NCBI GenBank assembly: GCA_964016885.1
Contig: OZ024740.1
Span: 327,174,001 to 327,238,000, forward strand
Source of the DNA: Eledone cirrhosa
Lineage: Eukaryota
Direction of reading: 5' to 3'
DNA: 64,000 nucleotides
The notes beneath the pieces were generated by a model, which saw only the letters and a program-made list of their open reading frames with translations, did no database searches and was not told the origin of the DNA. The position numbers were made by a program, and so were the translations under genes. Position 1 is the stretch's first letter. Each line of letters starts with the position of its first letter. Shown here in pieces: positions 50,970 to 63,400 of the stretch.

Positions 50970-52740
50970 GCCTGGAGATCTTCAGGGTGGCAGACAACAT
51001 CAGACAATTGCTGGGCAGGAGTATGGTGTCCTGGGAGACAGAGTTGACATCAACTGGAGTATCCTTGGAAAGCGTGAAGATCAAGAGAGGTATCTTCCAG
51101 GGAGATAGCCTGTCCCCTCTGTTGTTTGTCCTTGCCCTGATGCCCTTGACCATTATGCTGCGAAAAGTGAGAGCAGGATACAAGTTGGGAAGGGGAGAGC
51201 TTACCATCAATCACCTCCTCTTCATGGACGATCTTAAGCTCTTCGGGAAAAGTGAGACGGAGTTGGATGTGCTTGTTGACACTGTCCGTATTTTCAGCAA
51301 TGATATATGTATGCAGTTTGGTATTGGTAATTGTGGAGTCATTGTGATGAGGAGGGGTAGGTTGAGCAGAAGTAACGGGATCCAGATACCAACAGATGAA
51401 ATGATAAAGGAAATTGACTCTGAGGAAGGATACAAGTATTTGGGCGTTCTGGAGGCTGATGGCATAAAGAACAAAAAAATGAAGGAATTGTTAAGAACTG
51501 AATACATTCGGAGAGTAAGGAGCGTATTGAAGTCACATCTGAACAGCAGAAATGCCATAAGCGCAGTAAATTCCCGAGCTGTGTCTATTATTAGGTACAG
51601 TGCGGGAATTCTGAGATGGAATGTTGCTGAACGAAAAGAAATGGATAGGAAGACTAGGAAGCTATTGACTATCTACAACATGTTCCACAAGAGGACTGAT
51701 GTCGATAGACTCTACCTAAGGAGATCTGAGAGTGGAAGAGGTCTTATCAGCATAGAGGACTGTGTTCAGATGGAGAAAAACAACCTATACAAATACGTGA
51801 CCTATAGTAAGGAGCCAATGCTCAGAACTGTACTGAAGGAGGGGACAGTAGGCCAGGGGATGTCCAAGGAGGAAATAACATCAAGGAGGAAGAGCAGCCT
51901 TAAGGGAAAATCCCTTCTTAGTACCTTCTTTGAGAAAACTGAATTTAGAGATCCACAGACATGGAACTGGTTGAGAAGAGGAGACCTCAAAAAGGCTACA
52001 GAAGGAATGCTAATGGCTGCGCAGGAGCAGGCCCTCAAAACGAAGTGGTTCAAGCACCATATTTACAAGGAGGAGGCTAGCCCACTGTGAAGGATCTGTG
52101 GAGAGAGAGAGGAGACTGTGGCTCACATTGTGTCCGAGTGTAAACACCTAGCCCAGACCCACTATAAGGGCTGGAGACACGATGTGATGGGCAGGGTGAT
52201 CCACTGGCACCTGTGCAAAGTAAACAATTTTCCACATTCTGAGAAATGGTATGAGCATAGGCCAGAGGCGGTGATGGAGAACAATCAGGTGAAGGTGCTG
52301 TGGGATTTTAGGATACAGACGGACAAAAAACTGGAACACAATAGACCTGACCTGGTGGTTGTGGACAAGGAAAAAAGATCGTGTCTGATTGTGGATGTGG
52401 CCTGCCCGTTCGACACAAGAGTGCAAGAGAAGGAGAGGGAGAAAATTAACCGATACCAGGACCTAAAGTGGGAGGTGAAAAGGATTTGGAACTGCCATGA
52501 AGTCAAAGTGATCCCGATTGTCATAGGCGCACTGGGGACTATCTCCAAAAGTTTCCAGGGATGGTTAAAGAAAATCGGCCCCTTCACGCTTTTTGGAACG
52601 CTCCAAAAGGCATGCTTGCTTGGAACAGCAAGAACCCTCCGATACGTCCTGAATATCTGAGGCTGCAGGTAGTGGCTTGATATTCAATCCAACGGACTTT
52701 CCAGTTAACCAACATCAATGACTGAGATTCAAGGAATAAC
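50969..52740 (+). mobile_element. R4/Dong-type family 2, copy a (5'-truncated)
   Basis: GIFQGDSLSP, HLLFMDD, YKYLG, NRPDLVV RLE domain. Premature TGA at 52088. (TAA)n tail. Confidence 0.93.
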
Positions 52741-52743
52741 AAC

Positions 52744-52778
<35 letters not shown>

Positions 52779-52779
<1 letters not shown>

Positions 52780-52955
52780 TGTTTCTACTTTAGGCACAAG
52801 GCCAGCAATTACCCAGTGCATTACTGGTACTTTATTTTATCGACCCCGTAAGGATGAAAGGCAAAGTCAACCTCGGCGGGATTTGAACTCAGATCGTAAA
52901 GGGACGTAACTATGCTGGAAAGCATGGCGTCCGACCCTCTACCGATACTGCCAAT
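52779..52955 (-). mobile_element. SINE inserted in the (AAT)n spacer
   Basis: Near full-length reverse-complement copy between two Dong copies. Confidence 0.92.
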
Positions 52956-52956
52956 A

Positions 52957-55420
52957 TAATGTTCGACAACAACCAGAAGATGCTGTTTGGACAGCTTGAA
53001 GGGAAAGAAAGAGGCAACGACTTGATCCCTGAGGCGGAACAAACTAAAACATTCTGGAGAGGAATATGGGAGCAGGATGTTAAACATAATGACCAGGCAG
53101 TGTGGATTGAGACAGTACAGAAGGAGATTAGTGAACAGGCACACCAACAAACTGATTTGAGTATCACAGTTGAAACTCTTAAGGGGCAGGCCAAAAAACT
53201 AACCAACTGGAAATCACCAGGCCCAGATGGTGTGCAGGGGTATTGGATTAAAAATATAACATCCCTCCACCCGAAACTGACAACCATGTTCAATGACTGC
53301 TTGATGTCAGGTGAGGTACCAGAGTGGTTGACAAAGGGTACCACAGTTCTGATAATGAAAGACCGAATCAAGGGTAATGATGTTACCAACTATAGACCTA
53401 TCACATGTCTGTCCGTAATGTGGAAACTGTTGACAAGCATTATGTCTGAGGAAATCTACCATCACCTCCACACAAACAACTTGTTACCGGACGAACAGAA
53501 AGGATGCCGAAAAAAGTCACGTGGTACAAAGGACCAGTTACTCATTGATAAGATGGTAATGAGGAATTGCAAGAGGAGACACACTGGTCTTGCCATGGGA
53601 TGGATAGACTACAAAAAGGCATTTGACATGGTGCCTCATTCTTGGATCACCAAAAGCCTGGAGATCTTCAAGGTGGCAGATAACATCAGACAGTTGTTGG
53701 GCAAAAGTATGAAGTCCTGGGAAACAGAGTTAACATCAACTGGAGAATCCTTGGGAAGCGTGAAGATCAAGAGAGGTATCTTCCAGGGAGATAGTCTGTC
53801 CCCTCTGTTGTTTGTCCTTGCCCTGATGCCCCTGACCAGTGTACTGCGAAAAGTGAGAGCAGGATACAGGTTGGGAAAGGGAGGGCTTACCATCAATCAC
53901 CTCCTCTTCATGGACGATCTTAAGCTCTTCGGAAGAGTGAGAAGGAGTTGGATGTGCTTGTTGACACTGTCCGTATTTTCATCAATGATATGTGTATGCA
54001 ATTTGATATTAGTAATTGTGGAGTCATTGTGATGAGGAGGGGTAGGTTGAGCAGAAGTAACGGAATCCAGGTACCAACAGGTGAGATGGTAAAGGAAATT
54101 GACTCTGAAGAAGGATACAAGTATTTGGGCGTTCTGGAGGCTGATGAAATCAAGAACAAAAAAATGAAGGAATTGATAAGAACTGAATACATTCGGAGAG
54201 TAAGGAGCGTATTAAAGTCACATCTGAACAGTAGGAATGCCATAAGTGCAGTAAATTCCCGAGCTGTGTCTATTATTAGGTACAGTGCGGGAATTCTAAG
54301 ATGGAATGTTGCTGAACAAAAAGAAATGGATAGGAAGACTAGGAAGCTATTGACTATCTACAACATGTTCCACAAGAGGAGTGATGTCGATAGACTCTAC
54401 TTAAGGAGATCTGAAGGTGGAAGAGGTCTTATCAGCATAGAGGACTGTGTTCAGATGGAGAAAAACAACCTACACAAATACGTGACTGATAGTAAGGAGC
54501 CAATGCTCAGAACTGTACTGAAGGAGGGGACAATAGGCCAGGGGATGTCCAAGGAGGAAATAACATCAAGGAGAAAGAGCAGCCTTCAGGAAAAATCCCT
54601 TCATAGTACCTTCTTTGAGAACACTGAATTTAGAGATCCACAGACATGGAACTGGTTGAAAAGAGGAGACCTTAAAAAGGCTACAGAAAGAGTGTTAATG
54701 GCTGCGCAGGAGCAGGCCCTCAAAACGAAGTGGTTGAAACACCATATTTACAAGGAGGAGGCTAGCCCACTGTGAAGGATCTGTGGAGAGAGAGAGGAGA
54801 CTGTGGCTCACATTGTATCCGAGTGTAAGCACCTAGCCCAGACTCACTATAAGGGGTGGAGACATGATGTGATGGGCAGGGTGATCCACTGGCGCCTATG
54901 CAAAGTAAACAATTTACTTCTGAGAAGTGGTATGAGCATAAGCCAGAGGCGGTGATAGAAAACGATCAGGTGAAGGTGCTGTGGGATTTTAGGATACAGA
55001 CGGACAAGAAACTGGAACACAATAGACCTGACCTGGTGGTTGTGGACAATGAAAAAAGATCGTGCCTGATTGTGGATGTGGCCTGCCCATTCGACACGAG
55101 AGTGGAAGAGAAGGGGTGGGAGAAAATTAACCGATACCAGGACTTAAAGTGGGAGGTAAAAAGGATTTGGAACTGCCATGAAGTCAAAGTGATCCCGATT
55201 GTCATAGGCGCACTAGGGACTATCTCAAAAGGTTTCCGGGGATGGTTAAAGAAAATTGGCCCCTTCACGCTTTTTGGAACGCTTCAAAAGGCATGCTTGC
55301 TGGGAACAGCAAGAACCCTCCGATACGTCCTGTAAATATCTGAGGCTGCAGGTAGTGGCTTGATATTCATTTCAACAAACTTTCCAGTTAACTAACATCA
55401 ATGACTGAGACTCAAAGAGT
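52957..55420 (+). mobile_element. R4/Dong-type family 2, copy b
   Basis: Complete RT region with frameshifts near 53935 and 54915, TGA at 54773, RLE domain, (TAA)n tail. Confidence 0.93.
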
Positions 55421-55429
55421 AATAACAAC

Positions 55430-55459
<30 letters not shown>

Positions 55460-55460
<1 letters not shown>

Positions 55461-56297
55461 GCCTTCATGAAAAATCCCTTCATAGTACCTTCTTTGAGAA
55501 AACTGAATTCAGAGATCCACAGACATGGAACTGGTTGAAAAGAGGAGACCTTAAAAAGGCTACAGAAGGAATGCTAATGGCTGCGCAAGAGCAGGCCCCA
55601 AAACGAAGTGGTTGAAACACCATATTTACAAGGAGGAGGCTAGCCCACTGTGCAGGATCTGTGGAGAGAGAGAGGAGACTGTGGCTCACATTGTATCCGA
55701 GTGTAAGCACCTAGCCCAGACTCACTATAAGGGCTGGAGACATGATGTGATGGGCAGGGTGATCCACTGGCACCTATGCAAAGTAAACAATTTACCACAT
55801 TCTGAGAAGTGGTATGAGTATAAGCCAGAGTGGGTGATAGAAAACGATCAGGTGAAGGTGCTGTGGGATTTTAGGATACAGACGGACAAGAAACTGGAAC
55901 ACAATGAACCTGACCTGGTGGTTTTGGACAAGGAAAAAAGATCGTGCCTGATTGTGGATGTGGCCTGCCCATTCGACACGAGAGTGCAAGAAAAGGAAAG
56001 GGAGAAAATTAACCGATACCAGGACTTAAAGTGGGAGGTAAAAAGGATTTGGAACTGCCATGAAGTCAAAGTGGTCCCGATTGTCATAGGCGCACTGGGT
56101 ACTATCTCAAAAAGTGTCCAGGGATGGTTAAAGAAAATTGGCCCGCCACGCTTTTTGGAACGCTTCAAAAGGCATGCTTGCTGGGAACAGCAAGAACCCT
56201 CCGATACGTCCTGAATATCTGAGGCTGCAGGTAGTGGCTTGATATTCATTTCAACAAACTTTCCAGTTAACTAACATCAATGACTGAGACTCAAAGA
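55460..56297 (+). mobile_element. R4/Dong-type family 2, copy c (short 3' fragment)
   Basis: SPLCRICGEREETVAHIVSEC and the RLE domain, with frameshifts and a (TAA)n tail. Confidence 0.93.
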
Positions 56298-56319
56298 ACA
56301 ATAATAATAATAATAATAA

Positions 56320-56441
56320 TGAATTTATTGTGTAAAGTGCTCAGGTGCACTACAACTCGTCAAAGGCGTATGTATAGTACATAGAATAATACACAAATGT
56401 CAGGGAAGTGAATAGTGTATGAGTCATGGTATACATGTGTA
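56320..56441 (-). mobile_element. Short 3' tail of an unidentified retroposon with (ATT)n end
   Basis: Minus strand ...GTTGTAGTGCACCTGAGCACTTTACACAATAAATTC(ATT)n. Unrelated to flanking Tx1 or Dong sequence. Confidence 0.6.
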
Positions 56442-57365
56442 GATGCGCAGACACGCGCTGAGGCTGCGGCATCTCCAGATATTCTGCCTAAACGGTGAAC
56501 AGGTGTGATCGCCGTTTGTCAGACGGGCCTTTCCGCAGCTCGTTTCTTTGACTGAGCTGCAGTCCTGGGTGACTGGCATCTGGAATGTTGCCAGGCACTC
56601 ACTGCCCTCTACCAGGCGGGCAATGCGGTCAGTGGAACTTCCACTCTCGAGTTCTATAGAGGATTAGTGGTGGGAAAGTGCTGTCAGACGGACCTGCCTG
56701 AGATGCGCGCAGAGCGACGAAACCGTTCTGCACGCACTCGTCCAGTGTCCGTGCATTACTGACTTGTGGAGTTATGTTGAACAGCTGTTGTCGCGGGTAG
56801 AACAGATCCGGCTCTCGGCCGAGTCCATAGTGAAGATCGACCTGCCGCCTTCTTTTGGCCAGGAAGGGCAGGCAATTTTCCTCTGTCTGGTGGCAGTAGG
56901 GAAAGAGGTTGTATGGTGGACGAGGTTGAAAGGACTGAAGACAGACACTTTTCTCTTCGGCCAATCCCTCATCAACTTTTTCGAGTTTCACTTGGAAAGG
57001 AAGGTGAGGGTGGAGAGAGAAGTGCTGCCCCCCAGTACATTTGCTGAAAGGTGGGTGAATGTGGCGAGAATGGCCCGTGTGAGTGGGCCTACTCTGGTCA
57101 TGCGGCTGTAGGTAGGTAAATTTGAGGAGGAGAAGGGTTCCCTTCCAGGGTGTTCTCGAAGCGTCGGGTCGTTCAGGATTGGTGGGGTACCTGAGCGAAC
57201 CCTGGGTGGTCATCCCCCTATTGGGGAATTTTTTCTTGTTGTAATTTTATTGTTACTTTGTTATTGTTATTCATATTGTTTACTCGATTTTTCTGTAAAA
57301 CCCCACTGTCCCAGTCTTTTGTATTGTCCCCTATATGTCGGCCCTTGTGGCCAATAAATAAAATC
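56442..57365 (+). mobile_element. Right part of the outer Tx1 element
   Basis: Resumes GATGCGCAGACACGCGCTGAGG (MRRHALRLRHL) exactly where 36564 stopped. 3'UTR as in Tx1-B. Followed by TSD ATTATCAGTAGT (57366-57377). Confidence 0.93.
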
Positions 57366-59244
57366 ATTATCAGTAGTACCAGTAACAGCAGCAACAGTAG
57401 TAGTAGTAGTTTTTGTTGTTTTATTAGTAGTAGTCTTTTACACTGTACGGACATATTTTTAGAACGCTCCGAATGAACTGGAATTTTACCACATTAACTG
57501 AGTGAAAGTTTTCTATTTTCAGATTATTTTCAAACAGGAAAACGTACAAACTTTTGGACATTTTGCCCTAACGCTTGAAGTGAACAGAAAATCTGTGTTT
57601 AGACATATGTTAATTTATTTTTTGTTGTTTACATCACTTTTCAGTATGGCTTTGCGTGCTAGAGCATAAGGAAACGCCCCCAAGAAAACTAACATTACAT
57701 TTTACAAAACAGTTAATCATTCAATCAAGTTTCCGTAACTGATGAAACCAGTCATTAGGGTACCACTTAAGTGTGTACATCATGTCATTTTAGTGGACCT
57801 TAGAAATGCTTGCTGGTGCCCATCTCCTCTCCAAACACCCGGGTGACGATATAACGTGTATTTAGATATTGGGTAACCGTAGTTCGGTATTGTATTTAAG
57901 TTTCTTCAAATGACTTTGCTCTATTTCAATATGCACGTTAGATAATGCAATATCTGGTATTGAAATAACGTTTCTTTAAATTGATTTACTCTACTTTCAA
58001 ACAGACAGTGGATAATGGTACGTTCGGTTTTGAAATAATTATCTTTAAAATCCTGGATATCAGTACGTCCGGTACTGATATAATAGTTTATTTCCTGACA
58101 CAGCTAAAAACACATATTAGAAAGCGAATCCAATTAAATAGTTAGACAGATATTTTATCAAATAAAAGAATAACGCAATTTTAACAAATGAAAATATTAA
58201 TTTACACGACGAAAATACGTTAACAACAACACCAACAACATATCTTTCGTTGGTGCTAGAGAAACAAAAAAAAAAAAGAAGACGATAATTAAAAACGTGG
58301 TAGTGAATTGTTACAAAAGTAAGTATTACTTTGCCTGAGAGATCTATCTTAGAATGAGAAAGGGAGAGAGGTTTTTCACTTGACTTAAGAACTGCTGAAG
58401 AAACCTCACATCGATGCGTGGAGCGATGTGGTTTTCATCCATCCAGGCATGACATAACATACGTGCTAAATCCTCAAGACTGAGGTCGAGCGAGTTGGCG
58501 CGTCGAATTGGAGTGCCACACAACTTTTGTATAGATAGGCGATATATTATTATGTATTTCTTAATGTCTTCTTACTATTTTCACCCATTCACTTGGTGTG
58601 AATACCCTTCCGTTTCATTTTTGTTGTTTCGTTTATGTTGAACTGTCCTCAACATCTTGGGCTATTGTGGTTCCGAAATCCTCATCATCACCCTCATCAT
58701 CATATTTTACTTTTTGAAGTTCATATACACTACCGAAGCTATTTTTTGAATCTAAAGGGGAAATGAAATAGATTTGTAGTTATAGACTTTTGAGTTTTAT
58801 AAAAATCTTATTGATATTTTTCTTTGATTATAGTCACTTTCATGGATCGCAGTATTATGAACTTCACACAAGGAAGTTTTTTTTTCTGATTTTCCTATAA
58901 TTACAGAGACAGTTCTTCAGTCCATAATCCACAACCTCGATATTTTTATTACAAGGTTTCTGTAGCGTTAACAGAATTTATCTTTTTGGGTGGAGGGTTC
59001 TTTCTTTCAACTTTTTTCCCATGAAAAGTTATATATATATATTGGACAAGACACATTGCTTTATGTGTATAAAACTTGGATATGTCGTCTTTTATTGTGA
59101 TATTAGGAAGTGTCGGTGATATATTCTAATCCATTTCTATTTGCATACGTTGAGAAGGAATCACACATTCTCGACAACGTTTTCTTTTCTGGAGTAGGCT
59201 TGTATAATTTATTTTTATGCTGGAGGTCACCATCTATTATTACT

Positions 59245-59560
59245 GGATAAGCAGAGTCAGTAGAGTACTGAACAAATGTTTAGCAGCATTTAATCTGGCC
59301 TTTACATTTGAGTTCAAATCCCAAGGTTTGCTTTGTATTTCATCATTACAGCGTCGAAAAAATAAAACACAAGTAATCCACTGGATTTAATTGAATATCC
59401 CCTTCCCTTTGAATTGCTGTCCTTATGTCACAAATCTAAAAACACTTATTTTATTTTTGTAGTTGTTGTCGTTGTTGTACCAGTCACACACTGAGGTCGA
59501 TTTAATCGACTGTCCCCTCCCCCAAATTACTGGCCTTGTGCCTATATAAGGAACCATTAT
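59245..59560 (+). mobile_element. Degenerate SINE copies
   Basis: GAGTTCAAATCCC, GTCGAAAAAATAAA and GGCCTTGTGCCTATA...GAACCATTATT remnants. Confidence 0.7.
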
Positions 59561-60324
59561 TTATCTATGTACGTGCGTATGTTATGGTGTTAAATACATT
59601 GCTGGAGGAAGGAGGATGTGAACTAAGCAAAATGACGGACCAAAAAAGAGGAAAACGGAATGTTTACAAGAGGGGAGGGGTAGCAATAACCAGAGACAGA
59701 AGAAAGCGAAAGCTATGGACATTCAACCTCCCGCACACTGCGGTAGCTGTTAAGGTGGTGGAAGTTAATTTATGGGAGTGGCGGTTATGGTTATGGCTGT
59801 CGTAAAAAAGGAGGCCACAACAAAAAATGTAGTATTTGTTGAAAAATCAGCATTCATTTAAATCATGCGATTTAGTGCAGTTAATTGTCGTCGTCTAGGC
59901 ATAAACAAGCATTAATACCTGATGCACAGTTATTCATATTTATCTTGTATTTCACAAAGTATTCAGCTTCCTATTATATTAGCTTATTCAATTATTCATA
60001 TATCATAAATAATAAAGCACCTGCACAAACATTTAATATGATGCTGCATTCTCGGGAGCTAGGAAATTATTAGGGCATGAAACAATGGAAAAACTAGGTA
60101 AAGAAAAACTGTCATTAAAACATTGTGTAAGAAAGTATTAAATGACATAAATTTATAATAAAAATAAATGAATGATAAAAAATGAGATTGGAATATCAGG
60201 TGTTCTATTCTCATCTATCCACTTACATGTGATAAATTATCATTGTATAAATATGGCAAAGTAATATTTTCTTACTTGTTAACAACTATGGAACCTTCAA
60301 GGTTCAGCTAGTTATTATTATTAT

Positions 60325-60475
60325 TGGATTGGCAGTATCGATAGAGCATCGGATAACACGCTTCGGAGCATAGAGTAACGTCCCTTTACATTCTGAGTTC
60401 AAATCCCGTCGAGGTTAGGTTTGCTCATGATCCTTACTGGGTCAATAAAATAAAGTACGAGTTACGCGCTGGGGT
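60325..60475 (+). mobile_element. SINE copy, 3' part missing
   Basis: GGATTGGCAGTATCG...CTGAGTTCAAATCCCG. Confidence 0.8.
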
Positions 60476-60489
60476 CTTTTTCCTCCAGC

Positions 60490-60930
60490 ATTTTCCGAGT
60501 ATTTTGTGAAATGTCTGGTGGAAATTGTGAAAGAGGATGTGTGGTGGTCGAGATTAAAATGGCTGAAGGCAAATAATTTACTCTTCAGCCAAGACTTTGT
60601 AGACATTTCCAAGTTTCATTTGAAAAGGGAATTGTTGGAAAGGGAAGTGCTGCCTTTCAGTAAATTTATTGAAAAGTGGATGAGAATGGCAAACATGGTC
60701 TGAGTGATCGGGCCTACTCAGAGTATGCACCTGTAGATTGGAGGACAACTGGTAGATGACATTAGTTGTCAGGATGGACGAGGTTTTACTACGAGTATCC
60801 CTCGGATGTCTCCACCTATTAAGCAATTTCCATTGATTCATTTTATTGTTGACCATTTTGTCCCCCCCCCCCCGTTTTTCACATACATTTCATGTAGACA
60901 CACACTGTACACGTTGTTAATCTTTATAGA
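60490..60930 (+). mobile_element. Decayed Tx1 3' fragment
   Basis: CLVEIVKEDVWWSRLKWLK...KFHLKRE...EREVLP...EKW matches the ORF2 C-terminus. Confidence 0.8.
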
Positions 60931-60960
60931 AACCCTTGGAATCATTATTATCATCATTTG

Positions 60961-61630
60961 GTGGATTGACAGTATCGGTAGGGGGTCGGACGCATGCTTT
61001 GCCGCATAGAGTTAAGGCCCTTTACGGTCTGAGTTCAAATCCCGCCGAGGTTAATTTTGCCTTTAATCCTTCCGGGGTCGATAAAATAAAGTACCAGTCA
61101 CGCACTGTAGTCAATTTAATCGACTTTACCCTGTCCCAAATTGCAGGCCTTGCGCCTAAATCAGAAACCATTATTTAACTCGGTCGATTGGCAGTATCAG
61201 TACACCGTCGGACAACATGCTTTGCGGTATAGAGTTATGACCCTTTACGTTCTGAGTTCAAATTATGCCGAGTTTAGCTTTAACGTTTATCCTTACGGGG
61301 TCGATAAAATAAAGTATCAGTAATGTACTGGGGTCGATTTAATCGACTTTACCCTCCCCAGAAATTGCTGGCCTTGTGCCAAAAGTAGAAACAATTATTA
61401 ACTTGATTTAAGGCGGTGGATTGGCAGTATCGGTTGAGCGCCGGACAACATGCTTTGTCGCAGAGACTTATGACCCTTTACGTTCTGCGTTCAAATCCCA
61501 CCGAGATTAGCTTTGACTTTCATCCTTACGGGGTCGATAAAATAAAGTATCAGTAATGTACTAGGGTCGATTTAATAAACTTGTTCCTCCCCCAAAATTG
61601 CTGGCCTTGTGCCTAAAGTAGAGACAGCTA
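60961..61630 (+). mobile_element. Three tandem full-length tRNA-derived SINEs
   Basis: Units start near 60961, 61183 and 61410. Each has A box TGGCAGTATCGG, B box GTTCAAATCC, central CCTTTCATCCTTACGGGGTCGATAAAATAAAGTACCAG and a short ATT tail. Confidence 0.92.
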
Positions 61631-62432
61631 TTATTATCATTACCTTGATTTGATTACAGACTGAAGGCTGAATTAGTTCACTTATATTGTCTGTGAAAGA
61701 CATCAATGTTGAACAATCTCATGACGCCACTACAAACTACATTCACCAACCATGTCTCCACCTCAATTACCACCACCACCTCCACCACTATCACTGCTTC
61801 CACTACATTTGTAACTAATTAAGAAACCATTATTATGCGGTTTTTATTTACAAATGAAGACATATTTAAAAGATACTTGATAACGTCCGTATTACGAACA
61901 AACAAACAAAGAAATAAACAAGTAAATAAATAAACAAATAAAAGCAGTGTGATAAAATAAACATTTTCAAAATAACAAATATCTTGAATGAAGTAAATGA
62001 ACTTATAATAAATAAGGAAATAACATCCAAACACAACAACAAAAGAAAGTAATCAACGGAGACCAATTAAAATTATAATTTCATAAATCACTCACGAATT
62101 TGTCCAGGCTGGCTGATGGATTAGTGGACCCCTGAGATTACTACTTCCGGTTGCTCAGACGACTTTAACTCATAACCAGTCAATCGGTTATTAAAAGCAA
62201 TGATACACTAAATTGGAAAAGAAAACAGAAATAAAAAAAAATATAGAATGAGTTTATAAAAAAATTAAATGGTTACAATAAGAGAAAGATGGTAAATATA
62301 TATAGATAGATAGATAAAAAGCTAAATACAGACATGATTTAGCGATGTCTTGAAAACAACCTAGATAATTAAGCGCAATGGATCCTAGAAGCCAATAGCT
62401 AAGGATTATATGTATATATATATATATATATA

Positions 62433-62850
62433 TATTGTTATACTTTGGGGGGTCATCTGCCAATAAAAACACACGCACCAGTTGGTTTTCACTTCAATTT
62501 ATTATAAAATCTGGTTTGTTGGTTCAATAATCGGATGGTTGTTTATATATTGTTAAAGCTTTTTCGTCACGCATTCTGTGACCTCTTGGTTGAGTACAGA
62601 AGAAAGGAGAGACACAATATGAAATCAGTCACTGAGGTTACAGAATGTGTGACGAAAGAGCTTTAACAATATATAAATAACAATCTAGTTATTGAAACAA
62701 CCAACCGGAAATTTATAATAAATTGAAGTGAAAACAAACAGGTGTGTGTGTGTTTTTATTGGTAGCATGACACTCCCGAAGTATAACAATATCTGTTTCA
62801 ACACTCGCTATCTGATAAGAAACTTAGCAAAACACATTAAAAAAACGAAG
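62433..62850 (+). mobile_element. Second copy of the 8162-8557 inverted-repeat family, with decayed hammerhead motifs in both arms
   Basis: Same termini and tail. GTCACTGAGG..ACAGAATGTGTGACGAAAGAGCTT at 62628-62663, inverted remnant at ~62550-62590. In (TA)n. Confidence 0.82.
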
Positions 62851-62857
62851 TGTCTAT

Positions 62858-62954
<97 letters not shown>

Positions 62955-63311
62955 TGGATGAATACCTCAACAGGCACTATGTACTTGAAGAAATATGCAA
63001 GGTGTTTATAATATTTGTGGTTCAATGGTACTAATTCGATATATATATATATATATATATTTAAAAGAATAGAGGTGTAACACACAAGTTATGATATATT
63101 GGTAAACGGAAAAGAAAATGCTGACAAATTGTTCACAGTGAAAAATAGTTTAATTAGGAATAAGTGAGAATTAGTAATAGTATTGGTTAGTATTCAGTTT
63201 TGGTTTTAAGTTTTACCGGTTGCGCATTTCTAATGCTTTTCAAAAATAATTTTGAGATAGAGTGTCCGTGATGTTTGCTCTAATATAACGGCGATGAATT
63301 TGTTTTGCGAG

Positions 63312-63400
63312 AAAAATGGCGTAGACATACAATACAACAGGAGGAACATAATAGTACCACTGATGACGTGCAACGAAAGAACTTTGTTAGACTATATATA
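63312..63400 (+). mobile_element. Repeat homologous (inverted) to 9755-9850, with a decayed hammerhead core
   Basis: ATGGCGTAGACATACAATACAAC...CATAATAGTACCA-CTGATGA-CGTGCAAC-GAAA-GAAC-TT...AGACTATATATA. Confidence 0.65.

Noticed and set aside
58394-58440. CTGAAGA followed by a hairpin
   Set aside because: No GAAA after the stem. It is only a local imperfect hairpin.
61410-61500. tRNA gene
   Set aside because: The A and B boxes belong to the SINE head. There is no cloverleaf and it continues into SINE body and tail.
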